From NCBI GenBank assembly GCA_039935035.1, contig JBDTLA010000025.1:8272-72271 (forward strand): a stretch of DNA of 64,000 nt. Direction: 5' to 3'. Under the pieces are notes generated by a model. That model ran no database searches. It had not been told where the DNA came from and was given only the letters and a program-made list of their open reading frames with translations. Below are positions 18,675 to 28,336 of the stretch, piece by piece (within the stretch, counting starts at the first letter, position 1; the number at the start of each line of letters is the position of its first letter). The stretch comes from Rudaea sp. (GTDB lineage Bacteria > Pseudomonadota > Gammaproteobacteria > Xanthomonadales > Rhodanobacteraceae). The position numbers and the translations under genes are program-made.

Positions 18675-19565
18675 TTACGGGTCCACGGTTCCGAAGCCCG
18701 ATTCCCGAGTGAATTGGCGCACCACCGCCGCCAACTCCGCATCCTGCATCGCGAAATGCAGCGTTGCCTTGACCAACCCCGGCTTGCTGCCGCAATCGAA
18801 GCGCGTGCCTTCAAACCGATAGGCGTACACCTTGTGTTGCTTGAGCAAAGCAGCAATGGCGTCGGTCAGCTGGATTTCGCCACCAGCACCGGGTCGGGTC
18901 TTCTCCAGCAGTTCAAAAATACTCGCGGGCAACACGTAGCGACCGACCACGGCAAGATTCGATGGAGCATCCTCGGGTTTCGGTTTTTCAACCATGTGCC
19001 GAATCAAAGCCGCGCGCCCCTCGCTTGCCGGTGCATCAACGATGCCGTATTTTCCAGTCGCCTCGTGTGGCACTTCTTCGACGGCGATGGCACCGGCATC
19101 CTGCGAGTTTGCAAATTCCGCCATCTGGCGCAGCGCACCTTTGCCGGAATTCCAGATCAGGTCATCAGCAAGGATTACGCCGAACGGTTCGTTGCCGATC
19201 ACGGGCTTCGCGCACAACACCGCGTGCCCAAGCCCAAGCGCTTCGGCCTGGGTGACAAAAACACAGCGCACATGCGCCGGCAACACATTGCGCACCAGGG
19301 ACAATAGTTCATTCTTTCCGGCGCGCTCGAGTTTCGCTTCGAGTTCATATGCCGTATCGAAATAGTCGGCGATCGCATGCTTGTAGCGATTGGTCACGAA
19401 GATCAGCGTGTCCGCCCCCGCATCCACGGCCTCGTCCACGGCGTACTGGATCAACGGCTTGTCCAGCACCGGCAACATTTCCTTGGCCACGACCTTGGTC
19501 GCGGGCAGGAATCGTGTACCGAGACCGGCAACCGGAAAAACCACTTTGCGTAAGGCTTGGGTCAT
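18675..19565 (-). CDS. galU: UTP-glucose-1-phosphate uridylyltransferase
   Basis: VFPVAGLGTRFLPATK, KEMLP, LGLGHAV, VEKP, GEIQLTDAI, RFDCG. Confidence 0.96.
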   Translation of the reverse strand: MTQALRKVVFPVAGLGTRFLPATKVVAKEMLPVLDKPLIQYAVDEAVDAGADTLIFVTNRYKHAIADYFDTAYELEAKLERAGKNELLSLVRNVLPAHVRCVFVTQAEALGLGHAVLCAKPVIGNEPFGVILADDLIWNSGKGALRQMAEFANSQDAGAIAVEEVPHEATGKYGIVDAPASEGRAALIRHMVEKPKPEDAPSNLAVVGRYVLPASIFELLEKTRPGAGGEIQLTDAIAALLKQHKVYAYRFEGTRFDCGSKPGLVKATLHFAMQDAELAAVVRQFTRESGFGTVDP

Positions 19566-19640
19566 TGCAACTCCATAATGCTGTTCAACGATAGTAGTCT
19601 TTGGAACGGGTCAACACGAATCGGCACTGATAGAAGTATC

Positions 19641-19747
19641 GTAGGTTGGGCGGAATGCAGTGATGCCCAACATCGACATCTTTGTCGACGTCAACATCGA
19701 CCAACCGTCCCGAAGTTGGGGTTCGTGTTCGCTCACCCGCAACCTGC
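19641..19747. repeat. Degenerate GTAG-type REP doublet
   Basis: GTAGGTTGGGCGGAATGCAGTGATGCCCAAC at 19641 and an inverted GTTGGGG...CCCGCAACCTGC ending at 19747. Confidence 0.5.
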
Positions 19748-19791
19748 AATACTGGCCCAACCCGGGTCGAACGCTGCTGATTTCACAGCAA

Positions 19792-21681
19792 TCACGCCTG
19801 ATTGCGCGCAATCGGAACGACATCGGAATCTGCCGATTCGCCGTGCCAGGAAAATTCCGGTAATAACCTGCACAGGCAGTCGTGCAAGACAGTTTCATCA
19901 TAGTCGCGCACGGCCACGGTCGCTTGACGCAGTTGGTTGTTCAGCAATTCCCACGACATGCTGCGTGGTTTGGCCAGGAATATCTTGGCGTGAGTCGTTT
20001 CCTGGTAGCTTTCTTGCGGATGGAACAATTCCTCGAACAGTTTTTCGCCGGGCCGCAGGCCGGTATAAATCACGGCGATATCCTTCTCCGGAACCTTGTT
20101 GGCCAGGCGGATCATCTGTTCGGCCAGATAGCTGATCTTGATCGGCTCGCCCATGTCCAACGCGAAGATTTCACCTCCTTGCCCCAGCACTCCGGCTTGC
20201 AGGATCAATTGGCAGGCTTCGGGAATGGTCATGAAGTAGCGCGTGATTTCCGGATGCGTGACCGTCACTGGTCCGCCATTGCGAATCTGCTCGCGGAAAA
20301 GCGGCACCACGCTTCCGGCCGAATCGAGCACGTTGCCGAAACGCACGGTGATGAAGCGCGTAGTCGACACGGCGGCGAAATTTTGACAAAAAATTTCGGC
20401 GACCCGCTTGGTTGCGCCCATCACGCTGGTTGGGTTCACTGCCTTGTCGGTGGAAATGAGCACGAAGCAGGCTACGCCAAAGCGATCCGCGGCTTGAGCC
20501 ACGCAATGGGTGCCCAACACGTTATTGCGAAATGCCTCGCGTACCTGGCTCTGCAGCAGTGGCACGTGTTTGAAAGCTGCCGCGTGCAAAACGATTTGTG
20601 GCCGCATGCGCGCAAATACGCGCTCGCAGACGGCCTTGTCGCCGCAATCGCCAAGCGCCGCATCAACCAGCAACTCGGGAAATTCCTGTTTCAGTTCCTG
20701 TTCAATTTTATACAAATTGAACTCGGACAATTCCAGGATGGTCAGCGACTCGACCCTGAGGCGCGCAACCTGGCGACACAACTCCGAACCGATCGAGCCG
20801 CCGCCGCCGGTAACCAGCACGCGTTTGCCAGATAGCCCGGTACGAATGGCGGTCCAATCCAGTTGCACGGGTTCGCGCCCGAGCAAATCCTCGATCGCAA
20901 CTTCTTTCAATTCATTGAAGTTCATGCGCCCGGCCACGACATCCTGCAGGCGCGGCACGGTGCGAAACGGGATTCCGGTGGTCTCGCACAACTCGACCAC
21001 TCGGCGCATCTGCGCATTGTTCGCCGATGGCATGGCGATCAGCAACATTTCCGCAGCGACTTGTGCGGCCAAGTCCGGCAGTCGCTCAAATGGGCCCAGC
21101 ACGGGTACGCCATGCACCTTGGCACCGCGCAATGCGACGTTGTCGTCGAGCACGCCCACCGGGCGATAGCGGTTTTCATGTGCGAGTTCGCGCAACAGGG
21201 CTTCGCCCGCACGACCCGCGCCGAGTACCAGCACGCGCCGCGCCGGCACGTTGCTGACCAGATCGAAACGGCTGTCTTTCCAGTAGCGATACGCCAATCG
21301 TGGCAAGCCGAGAAACACGGCCAGCACCGATGGATAAATCACAAGCACCGCACGCGGTACCATCGTCAAGCGGTCGTACAAGAACAATGCAATTGCCGCA
21401 GCCAAGGTACCCACGATGCAGGCACGCGCAATGTTCCACAAATCTGGAAGGCTGGCGAAACGCCACAGACCTTTATACAAGCCAGTCCAATACAGAACCA
21501 TTCCCTGCACCAGCACGACGATCCCGGTTTCAGGCATGAACCAGGCCAGCGGTGGCGGGTTGGGTTCCAGGCTGAAGCGCAACCAATTCGTCACGATCCA
21601 CGCAAGCCAGACCATGGCCAGGTCGTGCAGGACAACAGCCAGTCGGGGATGCAGCGTGGCGATCAAATTACGCAGGCGCAT
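19792..21681 (-). CDS. Membrane-bound nucleoside-diphosphate sugar 4,6-dehydratase (WbpM/CapD/PglF family)
   Basis: N-terminal TM helices; VLVLGAGRAG, IEDLLGREP, VTGGGGSIGSEL, HAAAFKHVP, STDKAVNPTSVMGATKR, VRFGNVLDS, GLRPGEKLFEEL. Confidence 0.93.
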   Translation of the reverse strand: MRLRNLIATLHPRLAVVLHDLAMVWLAWIVTNWLRFSLEPNPPPLAWFMPETGIVVLVQGMVLYWTGLYKGLWRFASLPDLWNIARACIVGTLAAAIALFLYDRLTMVPRAVLVIYPSVLAVFLGLPRLAYRYWKDSRFDLVSNVPARRVLVLGAGRAGEALLRELAHENRYRPVGVLDDNVALRGAKVHGVPVLGPFERLPDLAAQVAAEMLLIAMPSANNAQMRRVVELCETTGIPFRTVPRLQDVVAGRMNFNELKEVAIEDLLGREPVQLDWTAIRTGLSGKRVLVTGGGGSIGSELCRQVARLRVESLTILELSEFNLYKIEQELKQEFPELLVDAALGDCGDKAVCERVFARMRPQIVLHAAAFKHVPLLQSQVREAFRNNVLGTHCVAQAADRFGVACFVLISTDKAVNPTSVMGATKRVAEIFCQNFAAVSTTRFITVRFGNVLDSAGSVVPLFREQIRNGGPVTVTHPEITRYFMTIPEACQLILQAGVLGQGGEIFALDMGEPIKISYLAEQMIRLANKVPEKDIAVIYTGLRPGEKLFEELFHPQESYQETTHAKIFLAKPRSMSWELLNNQLRQATVAVRDYDETVLHDCLCRLLPEFSWHGESADSDVVPIARNQA

Positions 21682-22744
21682 GCGATGGACCCGCTTCGGA
21701 CTTGTGCAAACACCGGGTTTTTCCGTACAGCCACAGGCCCAGCGCCAATACATAAACGATGCCGGCAATTATCCACCCGTAGGCCTGCGTATGCGCACGC
21801 ACCGCATGATTCATCAGGTAAAGCGCCGGAATCACGATGACGATATTCCACACCATGTACCCGGCGACCACCTGCACATGCGTCATGCCGGTTCGCACCA
21901 GCCACTGATAAAGGTGTTCGCGATGCGCACGATACCAGCGGCGGCCGCGCAACATGCGCGAAACCAACGTGCAGCTTGAATCGGTAACGAAGGCGGATGC
22001 GGCAACCAGGCCGCTGGCAGCTGCCGTGTCGGGAGTGGAAAACTGCCAGATTGCTGCAACCGCTATGAGCAATCCGATTGCACCGCTGCCGACATCGCCC
22101 ATGAACAAGCGTGGGCGTGGAAAATTGAACGGCAGAAACCCGACGATAGCCGCGACCCATAGGAAGATTTGCATTGAATGAACATGGCTGGGTCCGCACA
22201 GGCACAAGACCCCAAGCGCGCTCAATACGAAAATCGCCTGGATGGCGAGCAGACCATCGATCCCATCCATGAAGTTGTGCAAATTGATCGACCATACGCA
22301 CGCAAAAACCAGCACCGTAGATAGTGCTACCGCCTGCGTCGGGCTGATACCCAGATCCCGTGTCGAAAAGAACGCCGCCGCAATCAAAGGAGCCAACCAG
22401 ATGACGCAAGCAAGAAAATGTACCAGTAGTCGCGCCCAAACCGGCAGCGCTTGGTGATCGTCGATCCAGCCAGCCAGCGCGACCATGGCAATCGCAATCA
22501 TCAGTAGCAGCGGAATATTGACGCCGGGAACCAGGATCCCAGCTGCAGCCAAGCCCAACAGCACCGCCACGACAATGCCGATACCGCCGCCGCGAGGCGT
22601 CGGCACATCGTGCGACCGGCGCTGACCAGGCATGTCGAGAAGATTCGTGCGGCGCGCGTAAAGCAGCGACAACCACGTCACCGCGAAGGCAAGTAGCCCG
22701 CTGCCTACCAACCAAGGCCAGATTGTGTGTGTCATCGCAATCAT
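21668..22744 (-). CDS. Glycosyltransferase family 4 (WbpL/WecA/MraY-like undecaprenyl-phosphate transferase)
   Basis: RRSHDVPTPRGGG, GWIDD, NFMDGIDG, LFMGDVGS, AHREHLYQ. Confidence 0.92.
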   Translation of the reverse strand: MIAMTHTIWPWLVGSGLLAFAVTWLSLLYARRTNLLDMPGQRRSHDVPTPRGGGIGIVVAVLLGLAAAGILVPGVNIPLLLMIAIAMVALAGWIDDHQALPVWARLLVHFLACVIWLAPLIAAAFFSTRDLGISPTQAVALSTVLVFACVWSINLHNFMDGIDGLLAIQAIFVLSALGVLCLCGPSHVHSMQIFLWVAAIVGFLPFNFPRPRLFMGDVGSGAIGLLIAVAAIWQFSTPDTAAASGLVAASAFVTDSSCTLVSRMLRGRRWYRAHREHLYQWLVRTGMTHVQVVAGYMVWNIVIVIPALYLMNHAVRAHTQAYGWIIAGIVYVLALGLWLYGKTRCLHKSEAGPSHAPA

Positions 22745-22851
22745 GTATTGGCGCGATCGTTCAGTCTGGCGGGATAATCGGCATGAACGCTCAGTTTACA
22801 CAATGCCATCGGGTCACGGCAGGAACTCAAGGATAGTCGAGTCCGTTGCGA

Positions 22852-24039
22852 CTACTCGCCCGCCACGCCGTGGATTGGCCGCACCGATCCCCAGGTCTTG
22901 CAACTTGGACACTGCCAATGATGGGCCTTGGCCCCGAAACCGCAGTTGCTGCAACGATACATGGCCTGCCCTTCGAGCAGGTTTCGCGCAAGATCCTGCA
23001 AGATCAGCAGGTTTTCACGCGCTTCGCCCTTGGACGTATGCAGCGTGGCTCCGATCAGGGTCATCAACCCTCGCACCGACGGGCGTTGTCGCAACTGTCG
23101 CGTGAGAAATTCGATCGCCGCACTCTCGCCACGCGTACTGGCGTAAAGCTTGGCCAATGCAATCACCGGTGACACTCCATGGGAATGACCGATAATGTCC
23201 ACCAGGAAACTCTCCGCACGCTCCATCTGTTGCAAGCGCGCGTAACAGTCCAGTAACGGCGGCAAAATCTCGGGCACGAAATCGGCATCCAATGCTGCAA
23301 CGCGCTCGAACGCATGGGTTGCGGCTTCGTATTCGCCTTGCTGTGCGTGTAGATGACCCAGAACGAAATACGCACGCACGCAATCAGGTTCACTCTTGAA
23401 TGCCTGATCCAGATGGGCACGAGTTGTTGCGAGATCCTTCAGCGCGCGCGCCTGTTCGGCCTGCTCGCAATAGAATTGCGCGATGATCGCCCCCTCGGAC
23501 TCCCCGCTGATGTCTTCGAGCCGGCGCGCATGTGCAATTGCATTGACCCAATCTTTCTCATGCTGGTAAATGCCGATCAGATGACGCAATGCAGGTGGCA
23601 CCTGTGCCTCCATCGCGACCAGATCTGCAAACAGGATTTCGGCGCGATCAAGCAGGCCTGCGCGCATGTAGTCTTCGCCCAGTTCCAACATGGCAATGGT
23701 CTTTTCTTCGTTGCTCAGGTTCGGACGCGCGATCAAATGCTGGTGCACCCGAATCGCTCGATCGACTTCACCGCGACGACGAAAAAGATTGCCTAGGGCA
23801 AGGTGGGTTTCCACCGTGTCGCGATTGAATTCGGCGAGTTTGAGGAATACTTCGATCGCCTTGTCGGGTTGCTCATTGAGCAAATAATTTAGACCGCGGA
23901 AGTAGCTCGAAGAAAGCTCACTGACGCCAACTCGTCGCGAGCGTTCACTGCTGCGACGGCCGAAGTACCAACCGGAAAGCGCAGCCAGCGGCAACAGCAG
24001 CGCCACCACCGGCAGCATAAGAGGCGACATGCTGATCAT
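22852..24039 (-). CDS. lapB: LPS assembly protein B
   Basis: YFRGLNYLLNEQPDKAI, TPR repeats, C-terminal CSNCGF...WQCPSCKTW rubredoxin-like motif. Confidence 0.95.
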   Translation of the reverse strand: MISMSPLMLPVVALLLPLAALSGWYFGRRSSERSRRVGVSELSSSYFRGLNYLLNEQPDKAIEVFLKLAEFNRDTVETHLALGNLFRRRGEVDRAIRVHQHLIARPNLSNEEKTIAMLELGEDYMRAGLLDRAEILFADLVAMEAQVPPALRHLIGIYQHEKDWVNAIAHARRLEDISGESEGAIIAQFYCEQAEQARALKDLATTRAHLDQAFKSEPDCVRAYFVLGHLHAQQGEYEAATHAFERVAALDADFVPEILPPLLDCYARLQQMERAESFLVDIIGHSHGVSPVIALAKLYASTRGESAAIEFLTRQLRQRPSVRGLMTLIGATLHTSKGEARENLLILQDLARNLLEGQAMYRCSNCGFGAKAHHWQCPSCKTWGSVRPIHGVAGE

Positions 24040-24332
24040 GCCTCGTCGTTGCTCGCGGTTTTCTCTGTATCAATTCGAGTCGCCTGTTCGTCATGTTGCA
24101 GCTGGCGACTCAGTGCGCGTACGCGTCGGCGCAATCGCAATACGAGTGCACAATAAACCAGCACCCCGCCAACCAGCCATCCGACAACCAACGCACATAG
24201 CAAAGCCGCGCCCTTGGGAGCGTGCACAACGACAAAGTAGAAATCGTAGGCGACGCGCTCACCATTCAAGGCGCCGAATACCGCACCGATTGCAGCGAAC
24301 AACAACGCCAGGAGAATCAGTCCAACACGCAT
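24036..24332 (-). CDS. lapA: LPS assembly protein A
   Basis: Small two-TM protein between ihfB and lapB, with an ATGA overlap to lapB. Confidence 0.8.
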   Translation of the reverse strand: MRVGLILLALLFAAIGAVFGALNGERVAYDFYFVVVHAPKGAALLCALVVGWLVGGVLVYCALVLRLRRRVRALSRQLQHDEQATRIDTEKTASNDEA

Positions 24333-24471
24333 GCGTGAATCGTCCCGAGTACCGCAAGTACGAGAATATGGGGTGTCGAGAAAGTAGCAAAGTACGCCTG
24401 AACCGACACGGATCGGACAACAATCATGTCGGCATTCGCGCCACTAAGCACAATCTACGCCGAAATAATGC

Positions 24472-24777
24472 TCAGCCCGGATTGACCCGCGCTTGCACGG
24501 ATTGATTGACGCGTTCGCGCAACTGCTTGCCAGGTTTGAAATGCGGCACGTATTTACCGGGTAACGCCACGGCAGTGCCGGTCTTCGGGTTGCGCCCCAT
24601 GCGCGGTGGCCGATAGTGCAGCGAGAAGCTGCCGAAGCCGCGAATCTCGATACGCTGGCCCGTCGCGAGGGCCTGGCTCATCTGCTCCATTACGCCCTTG
24701 ACAGCCAGTTCCACATCGTTGAAAACGAGGTGAATCTGGCGTGCGGCCAGGGCTTCGATCAACTCGGATTTGGTCAT
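24472..24777 (-). CDS. ihfB: Integration host factor beta subunit
   Basis: MTKSELIE...[26 protein letters not shown]...[13 protein letters not shown]. Confidence 0.97.
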   Translation of the reverse strand: MTKSELIEALAARQIHLVFNDVELAVKGVMEQMSQALATGQRIEIRGFGSFSLHYRPPRMGRNPKTGTAVALPGKYVPHFKPGKQLRERVNQSVQARVNPG

Positions 24778-24900
24778 GGGCGCACGATCCGTTATTAACT
24801 ACTGGAGGAATGCGGCACAGACTGGCGCAATCTTGGCGCTGCAACCTGTGCCGATAGTACCGTCGCGACCTGCGTACATTTGCACGCAGGCCGGCCGAGC

Positions 24901-26571
24901 TCATTCGGATTTGTTCATCTGTTCCTTGAGCAAGGCACCGAGTTTGGTGGTACCTCCGGAAGCGGACTGGTAATCCTCAAGCACCTGCTGCATTTCCTCG
25001 TCGTCCTTGGCGCGGATCGACAATTGCAGCACGCGACCCTTGCGGTCCATACCGGTGAACTTGGCTTCAACCGCATCGCCGACTTTCAGATGCTGCGTGG
25101 CATCTTCAATGCGTTCCTTGGCGATGTCGTTGGCGCGCAGATAGGCTTCAACGCCATCACCCAGATCAATCGTCGCACCCTTGGCGTCGACTTCCTTGAC
25201 TGTGCCGTTGACGATGCTGCCACGCGGATGCGCGGCCATGAACTGACCGAACGGGTCCTGCTCAAGCTGCTTGATGCCCAGACTGATGCGCTCGCGTTCC
25301 GGATCCACTGCCAGCACCACGGCTTCGATCGTATCGCCCTTCTTGTAGTTGCGAACCAGTTCTTCGCCGGTGCTCTGCCAGGAGATATCCGACAGGTGCA
25401 CCAAGCCATCGATGCCGCCATCCAGGCCGACGAAAATTCCGAAATCGGTGATCGACTTGATCTGTCCGGATACGCGATCGTTCTTCTTGTGGATCGCGGC
25501 GAACGATTCCCACGGATTGGCCTGCGTCTGCTTCATGCCCAGCGAGATACGCCGACGCTCTTCATCCACGTCCAGGACCATGACTTCGACATCGTCACCG
25601 ACCTGCACCATCTTGGCCGGATTGACGTTCTTGTTGGTCCAATCCATTTCGGAAACGTGTACCAGGCCTTCGACGCCGGGTTCGAGTTCGACGAAACAGC
25701 CGTAATCAGTGACATTGGACACCTTGCCGAGCAGGCGGGTGTTGCTCGGATAGCGACGTGCGATCGCAACCCACGGATCTTCGCCGAGTTGCTTCAAGCC
25801 GAGGCTGACACGGTTGCGCTCGCGATCGAAACGCAGCACACGCACATCAAGTTCGTCGCCAACGTTGACCACTTCAGACGGATGACGCACGCGCTTCCAC
25901 GCCATATCGGTGATATGCAGCAGACCGTCGATACCGCCCAGGTCCACGAACGCGCCGTAATCGGTGAGGTTCTTGACCACGCCCTTGACCACGGCATTTT
26001 CCTGCAGGCGCTCCAGCAACTGTTCGCGCTCCTCGGAATGCTCGCTTTCCACAACCGCACGACGACTGACCACCACGTTGTTGCGCTTGCGGTCGAGCTT
26101 GATGATCTTGAATTCCAGTTCCTTGCCTTCCAGGTACACTGGATCGCGTACCGGGCGCACGTCGACCAGGGAACCGGGCAGGAATGCGCGGACGTCCTTT
26201 ATGTCGACAGTGAAACCACCCTTGACCTTGCCAGAAATGCGGCCGATGACGGTCGCATTGGCTTCCTGCGCGGTTTCCAGTTCGTCCCAAACCATGGAAC
26301 GCTTGGCCTTTTCGCGCGACAGGCGTGTCTCGCCGAAACCATCTTCGATGGCGTCGAGGGCTACCTTCACCTCGTCGCCAAGAGCAACTTCCAGTTCGCC
26401 CTGTTCGTTGCGGAATTGCTCGATGGGCACGATGCCCTCGGATTTGAGTCCCGCGTTGATAACGACAACGTCGTTGCGAATCTCGACCACGATGCCTGAA
26501 ACGATGGCACCGGGTTTCAATTTGCTCAGGGTCTGGCTTTGTTCAAAAAGTTCGGCAAAACTCTCGGTCAT
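24901..26571 (-). CDS. rpsA: 30S ribosomal protein S1
   Basis: [12 protein letters not shown], repeated S1 domains ([23 protein letters not shown]); cmk-rpsA-ihfB synteny. Confidence 0.98.
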   Translation of the reverse strand: MTESFAELFEQSQTLSKLKPGAIVSGIVVEIRNDVVVINAGLKSEGIVPIEQFRNEQGELEVALGDEVKVALDAIEDGFGETRLSREKAKRSMVWDELETAQEANATVIGRISGKVKGGFTVDIKDVRAFLPGSLVDVRPVRDPVYLEGKELEFKIIKLDRKRNNVVVSRRAVVESEHSEEREQLLERLQENAVVKGVVKNLTDYGAFVDLGGIDGLLHITDMAWKRVRHPSEVVNVGDELDVRVLRFDRERNRVSLGLKQLGEDPWVAIARRYPSNTRLLGKVSNVTDYGCFVELEPGVEGLVHVSEMDWTNKNVNPAKMVQVGDDVEVMVLDVDEERRRISLGMKQTQANPWESFAAIHKKNDRVSGQIKSITDFGIFVGLDGGIDGLVHLSDISWQSTGEELVRNYKKGDTIEAVVLAVDPERERISLGIKQLEQDPFGQFMAAHPRGSIVNGTVKEVDAKGATIDLGDGVEAYLRANDIAKERIEDATQHLKVGDAVEAKFTGMDRKGRVLQLSIRAKDDEEMQQVLEDYQSASGGTTKLGALLKEQMNKSE

Positions 26572-26774
26572 GTTGGTTTCCAAATTTGATAAAGATCGCA
26601 TTTCAAGTAATTGTTTTTACTAGAAACATCGACCCACCGGTTATGGCACGGACATTCCGTACCGTTGCTGTTCCCCAGCGCATCGCGCTGGGACGAAAAA
26701 TCGCGGCAACACTGCCACGATCAAAAACATTCCAGTCTGGTTCAGGAGTTGGTGGATCGTCGATGGGCGTGCTG

Positions 26775-27500
26775 TTACGCCTTTCCTCGATTCCCGATTC
26801 CCGATTCCCAATTGCCTTCCACACGCACCAAGGCCAACACCACCGCAACCACTTCGTCGATCGGCATCCCGGTCGAATCGATGGATACAGCATCGTCAGC
26901 CGGCTTCAGCGGCGCCACGGTTCGCTCGGCATCGCGTACGTCGCGTGCCTGTATCTCGCGCAAAAGGGCGGCAAGTGTAACGCCCAAGCCCTTTGCTTTC
27001 AACTGCTTATAACGCCTGTTGGCGCGTTCTGCGGCGCTGGCGGTCAAAAACACCTTGAACCGGGCATCCGGAAAGATGACCGTGCCCATATCGCGCCCGT
27101 CCGCCACCAGTCCTGGGGCCTTGCGGAAGCTGTGTTGCTTGTCGAAAAGTGCGGTACGCACCGCCGGAATCACCGCGATTGCCGACGCCGCTGCCCCACA
27201 GGTTTCAGTGCGGATTTCGTCGGTCGCGTCCAGCCCATTGACGATGACGCGGGTCTCACCACCGTCTTTCGGATCGCGAAAACCGATCTTCGTCGTCTGC
27301 GCGCAGCGCGTGACCGCTTCCGCATCGGACAAATCCAGACCGGCCATGCTTGCGGCAAAACCTACCGCACGATACAGCGCCCCGGAATCGAGTAAATGCC
27401 ATCCCAACGCGTCGGCGATACTGCGACTGATTGTGCCCTTGCCAGATCCCGAAGGACCGTCAATGGTCAGGACGGGAACGATTTTTTGATTGGCGGTCAT
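26775..27500 (-). CDS. cmk: Cytidylate kinase
   Basis: [43 protein letters not shown]. Confidence 0.96.
   Translation of the reverse strand: MTANQKIVPVLTIDGPSGSGKGTISRSIADALGWHLLDSGALYRAVGFAASMAGLDLSDAEAVTRCAQTTKIGFRDPKDGGETRVIVNGLDATDEIRTETCGAAASAIAVIPAVRTALFDKQHSFRKAPGLVADGRDMGTVIFPDARFKVFLTASAAERANRRYKQLKAKGLGVTLAALLREIQARDVRDAERTVAPLKPADDAVSIDSTGMPIDEVVAVVLALVRVEGNWESGIGNRGKA
26786..26813 (-). repeat. GGGAATC heptamer repeat forming the end of cmk
   Basis: The plus strand reads CTCGATTCCCGATTCCCGATTCCCAATT, which encodes ...NWESGIGNR... at the Cmk C-terminus. Confidence 0.65.
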
Positions 27501-27571
27501 ATTTGCAGGTGCGTGCGGCGAGCCGTGGCGTTCGAATCGAATTATCCGCGGACGGCGCGAATTCTACAGCC

Positions 27572-27946
27572 TCAATTCATCGCGCGCGGATAATGTCGCT
27601 GCAAATCTTCGTCAAATGTGATCAGCGGTACTTTGAGAACCGCGGCATGGGCCGCAATCAGCCGATCGAAAGGATCGCGCGTGAACGCGAATGCAAGCGC
27701 TTGCCTGGCTACATCGGCAAAGCGCTCGCCGGCAACGCGGATGGCAAGGTGTTCGTCCAGATAGCGCACGATGGCGGCAGCACCGATGCGCAGGCGTCGA
27801 ATCTCGTGCAACAGTTCCAGCTCAAGCATGACCGCAGGCGATATCGACACGCTGTCGCGATCGATCAGGCGTAATGCCTGTGCACTCAAGCCCGTGCTAC
27901 GTCCCTCGAACAGGTGCACTGCTACGTGCGTATCGAGCATGATCAC
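27572..27946 (-). CDS. vapC: Type II toxin, PIN domain (VapC-like)
   Basis: (V)IMLDTHVAV...ELE...RDPFDRLIAAHA...LITFD, the acidic PIN motif. The GTG start overlaps the antitoxin TGA. Confidence 0.88.
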   Translation of the reverse strand: MIMLDTHVAVHLFEGRSTGLSAQALRLIDRDSVSISPAVMLELELLHEIRRLRIGAAAIVRYLDEHLAIRVAGERFADVARQALAFAFTRDPFDRLIAAHAAVLKVPLITFDEDLQRHYPRAMN

Positions 27947-28266
27947 TTGGTGCGCACTCGCGGCGTGCGTTTGCCGCGAGGACTCGCAGTTTTGCGTAAT
28001 TTCCTTGCTGGAGCGGGCTCGGCAACCTTGCCAACCCGATCCGGATTCCATTGCGCCGGCGATTCGTACGGACTCAGCGCCGCACCGACTACAGCGCGCT
28101 GCGGTTTGAGTCGCGCAAGACGTCCGCTGGTTTGTGCGCCTGCGTCGTCGCGCACCAGTTGCAGGCGCACCCCGCGACGCATGACAACCAATGGCTCACC
28201 GGTTTCAATCACTTGGTCGGCCAACTGAAAAAGGCGCTGACGCAATTCGGTCAAGGAAATATCCAT
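27943..28266 (-). CDS. Type II antitoxin, Phd/YefM-like
   Basis: MDISLTELRQRLFQLADQVIETGEPLVVMRRG, directly upstream of the PIN toxin. Confidence 0.82.
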   Translation of the reverse strand: MDISLTELRQRLFQLADQVIETGEPLVVMRRGVRLQLVRDDAGAQTSGRLARLKPQRAVVGAALSPYESPAQWNPDRVGKVAEPAPARKLRKTASPRGKRTPRVRTK

Positions 28267-28278
28267 TGCAGCGAATTC

Positions 28279-28307
28279 ATAGTAAACGTACGTACGTACG
28301 CTATCAA
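28279..28307 (-). promoter_or_regulatory. Sigma70 promoter of the TA operon with a palindromic operator in the spacer
   Basis: The minus strand reads TTGATA-17 nt-TACTAT. The spacer holds the perfect 14-bp palindrome CGTACGTACGTACG (28287-28300). Confidence 0.72.
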
Positions 28308-28336
28308 ATTTCCTCGCGGCCAACAAGTGAACTGGA

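Noticed and set aside
18517-18795. Extension of the 420-aa minus ORF overlapping galU
   Set aside because: The lipoprotein leader and RBS place the start at 18516.
24880-26499. 539-aa ORF antisense to rpsA, and similar long antisense ORFs over the EAL gene, thiolase and SDR
   Set aside because: Expected shadow ORFs in high-GC, strongly biased coding DNA; no independent coding signals.
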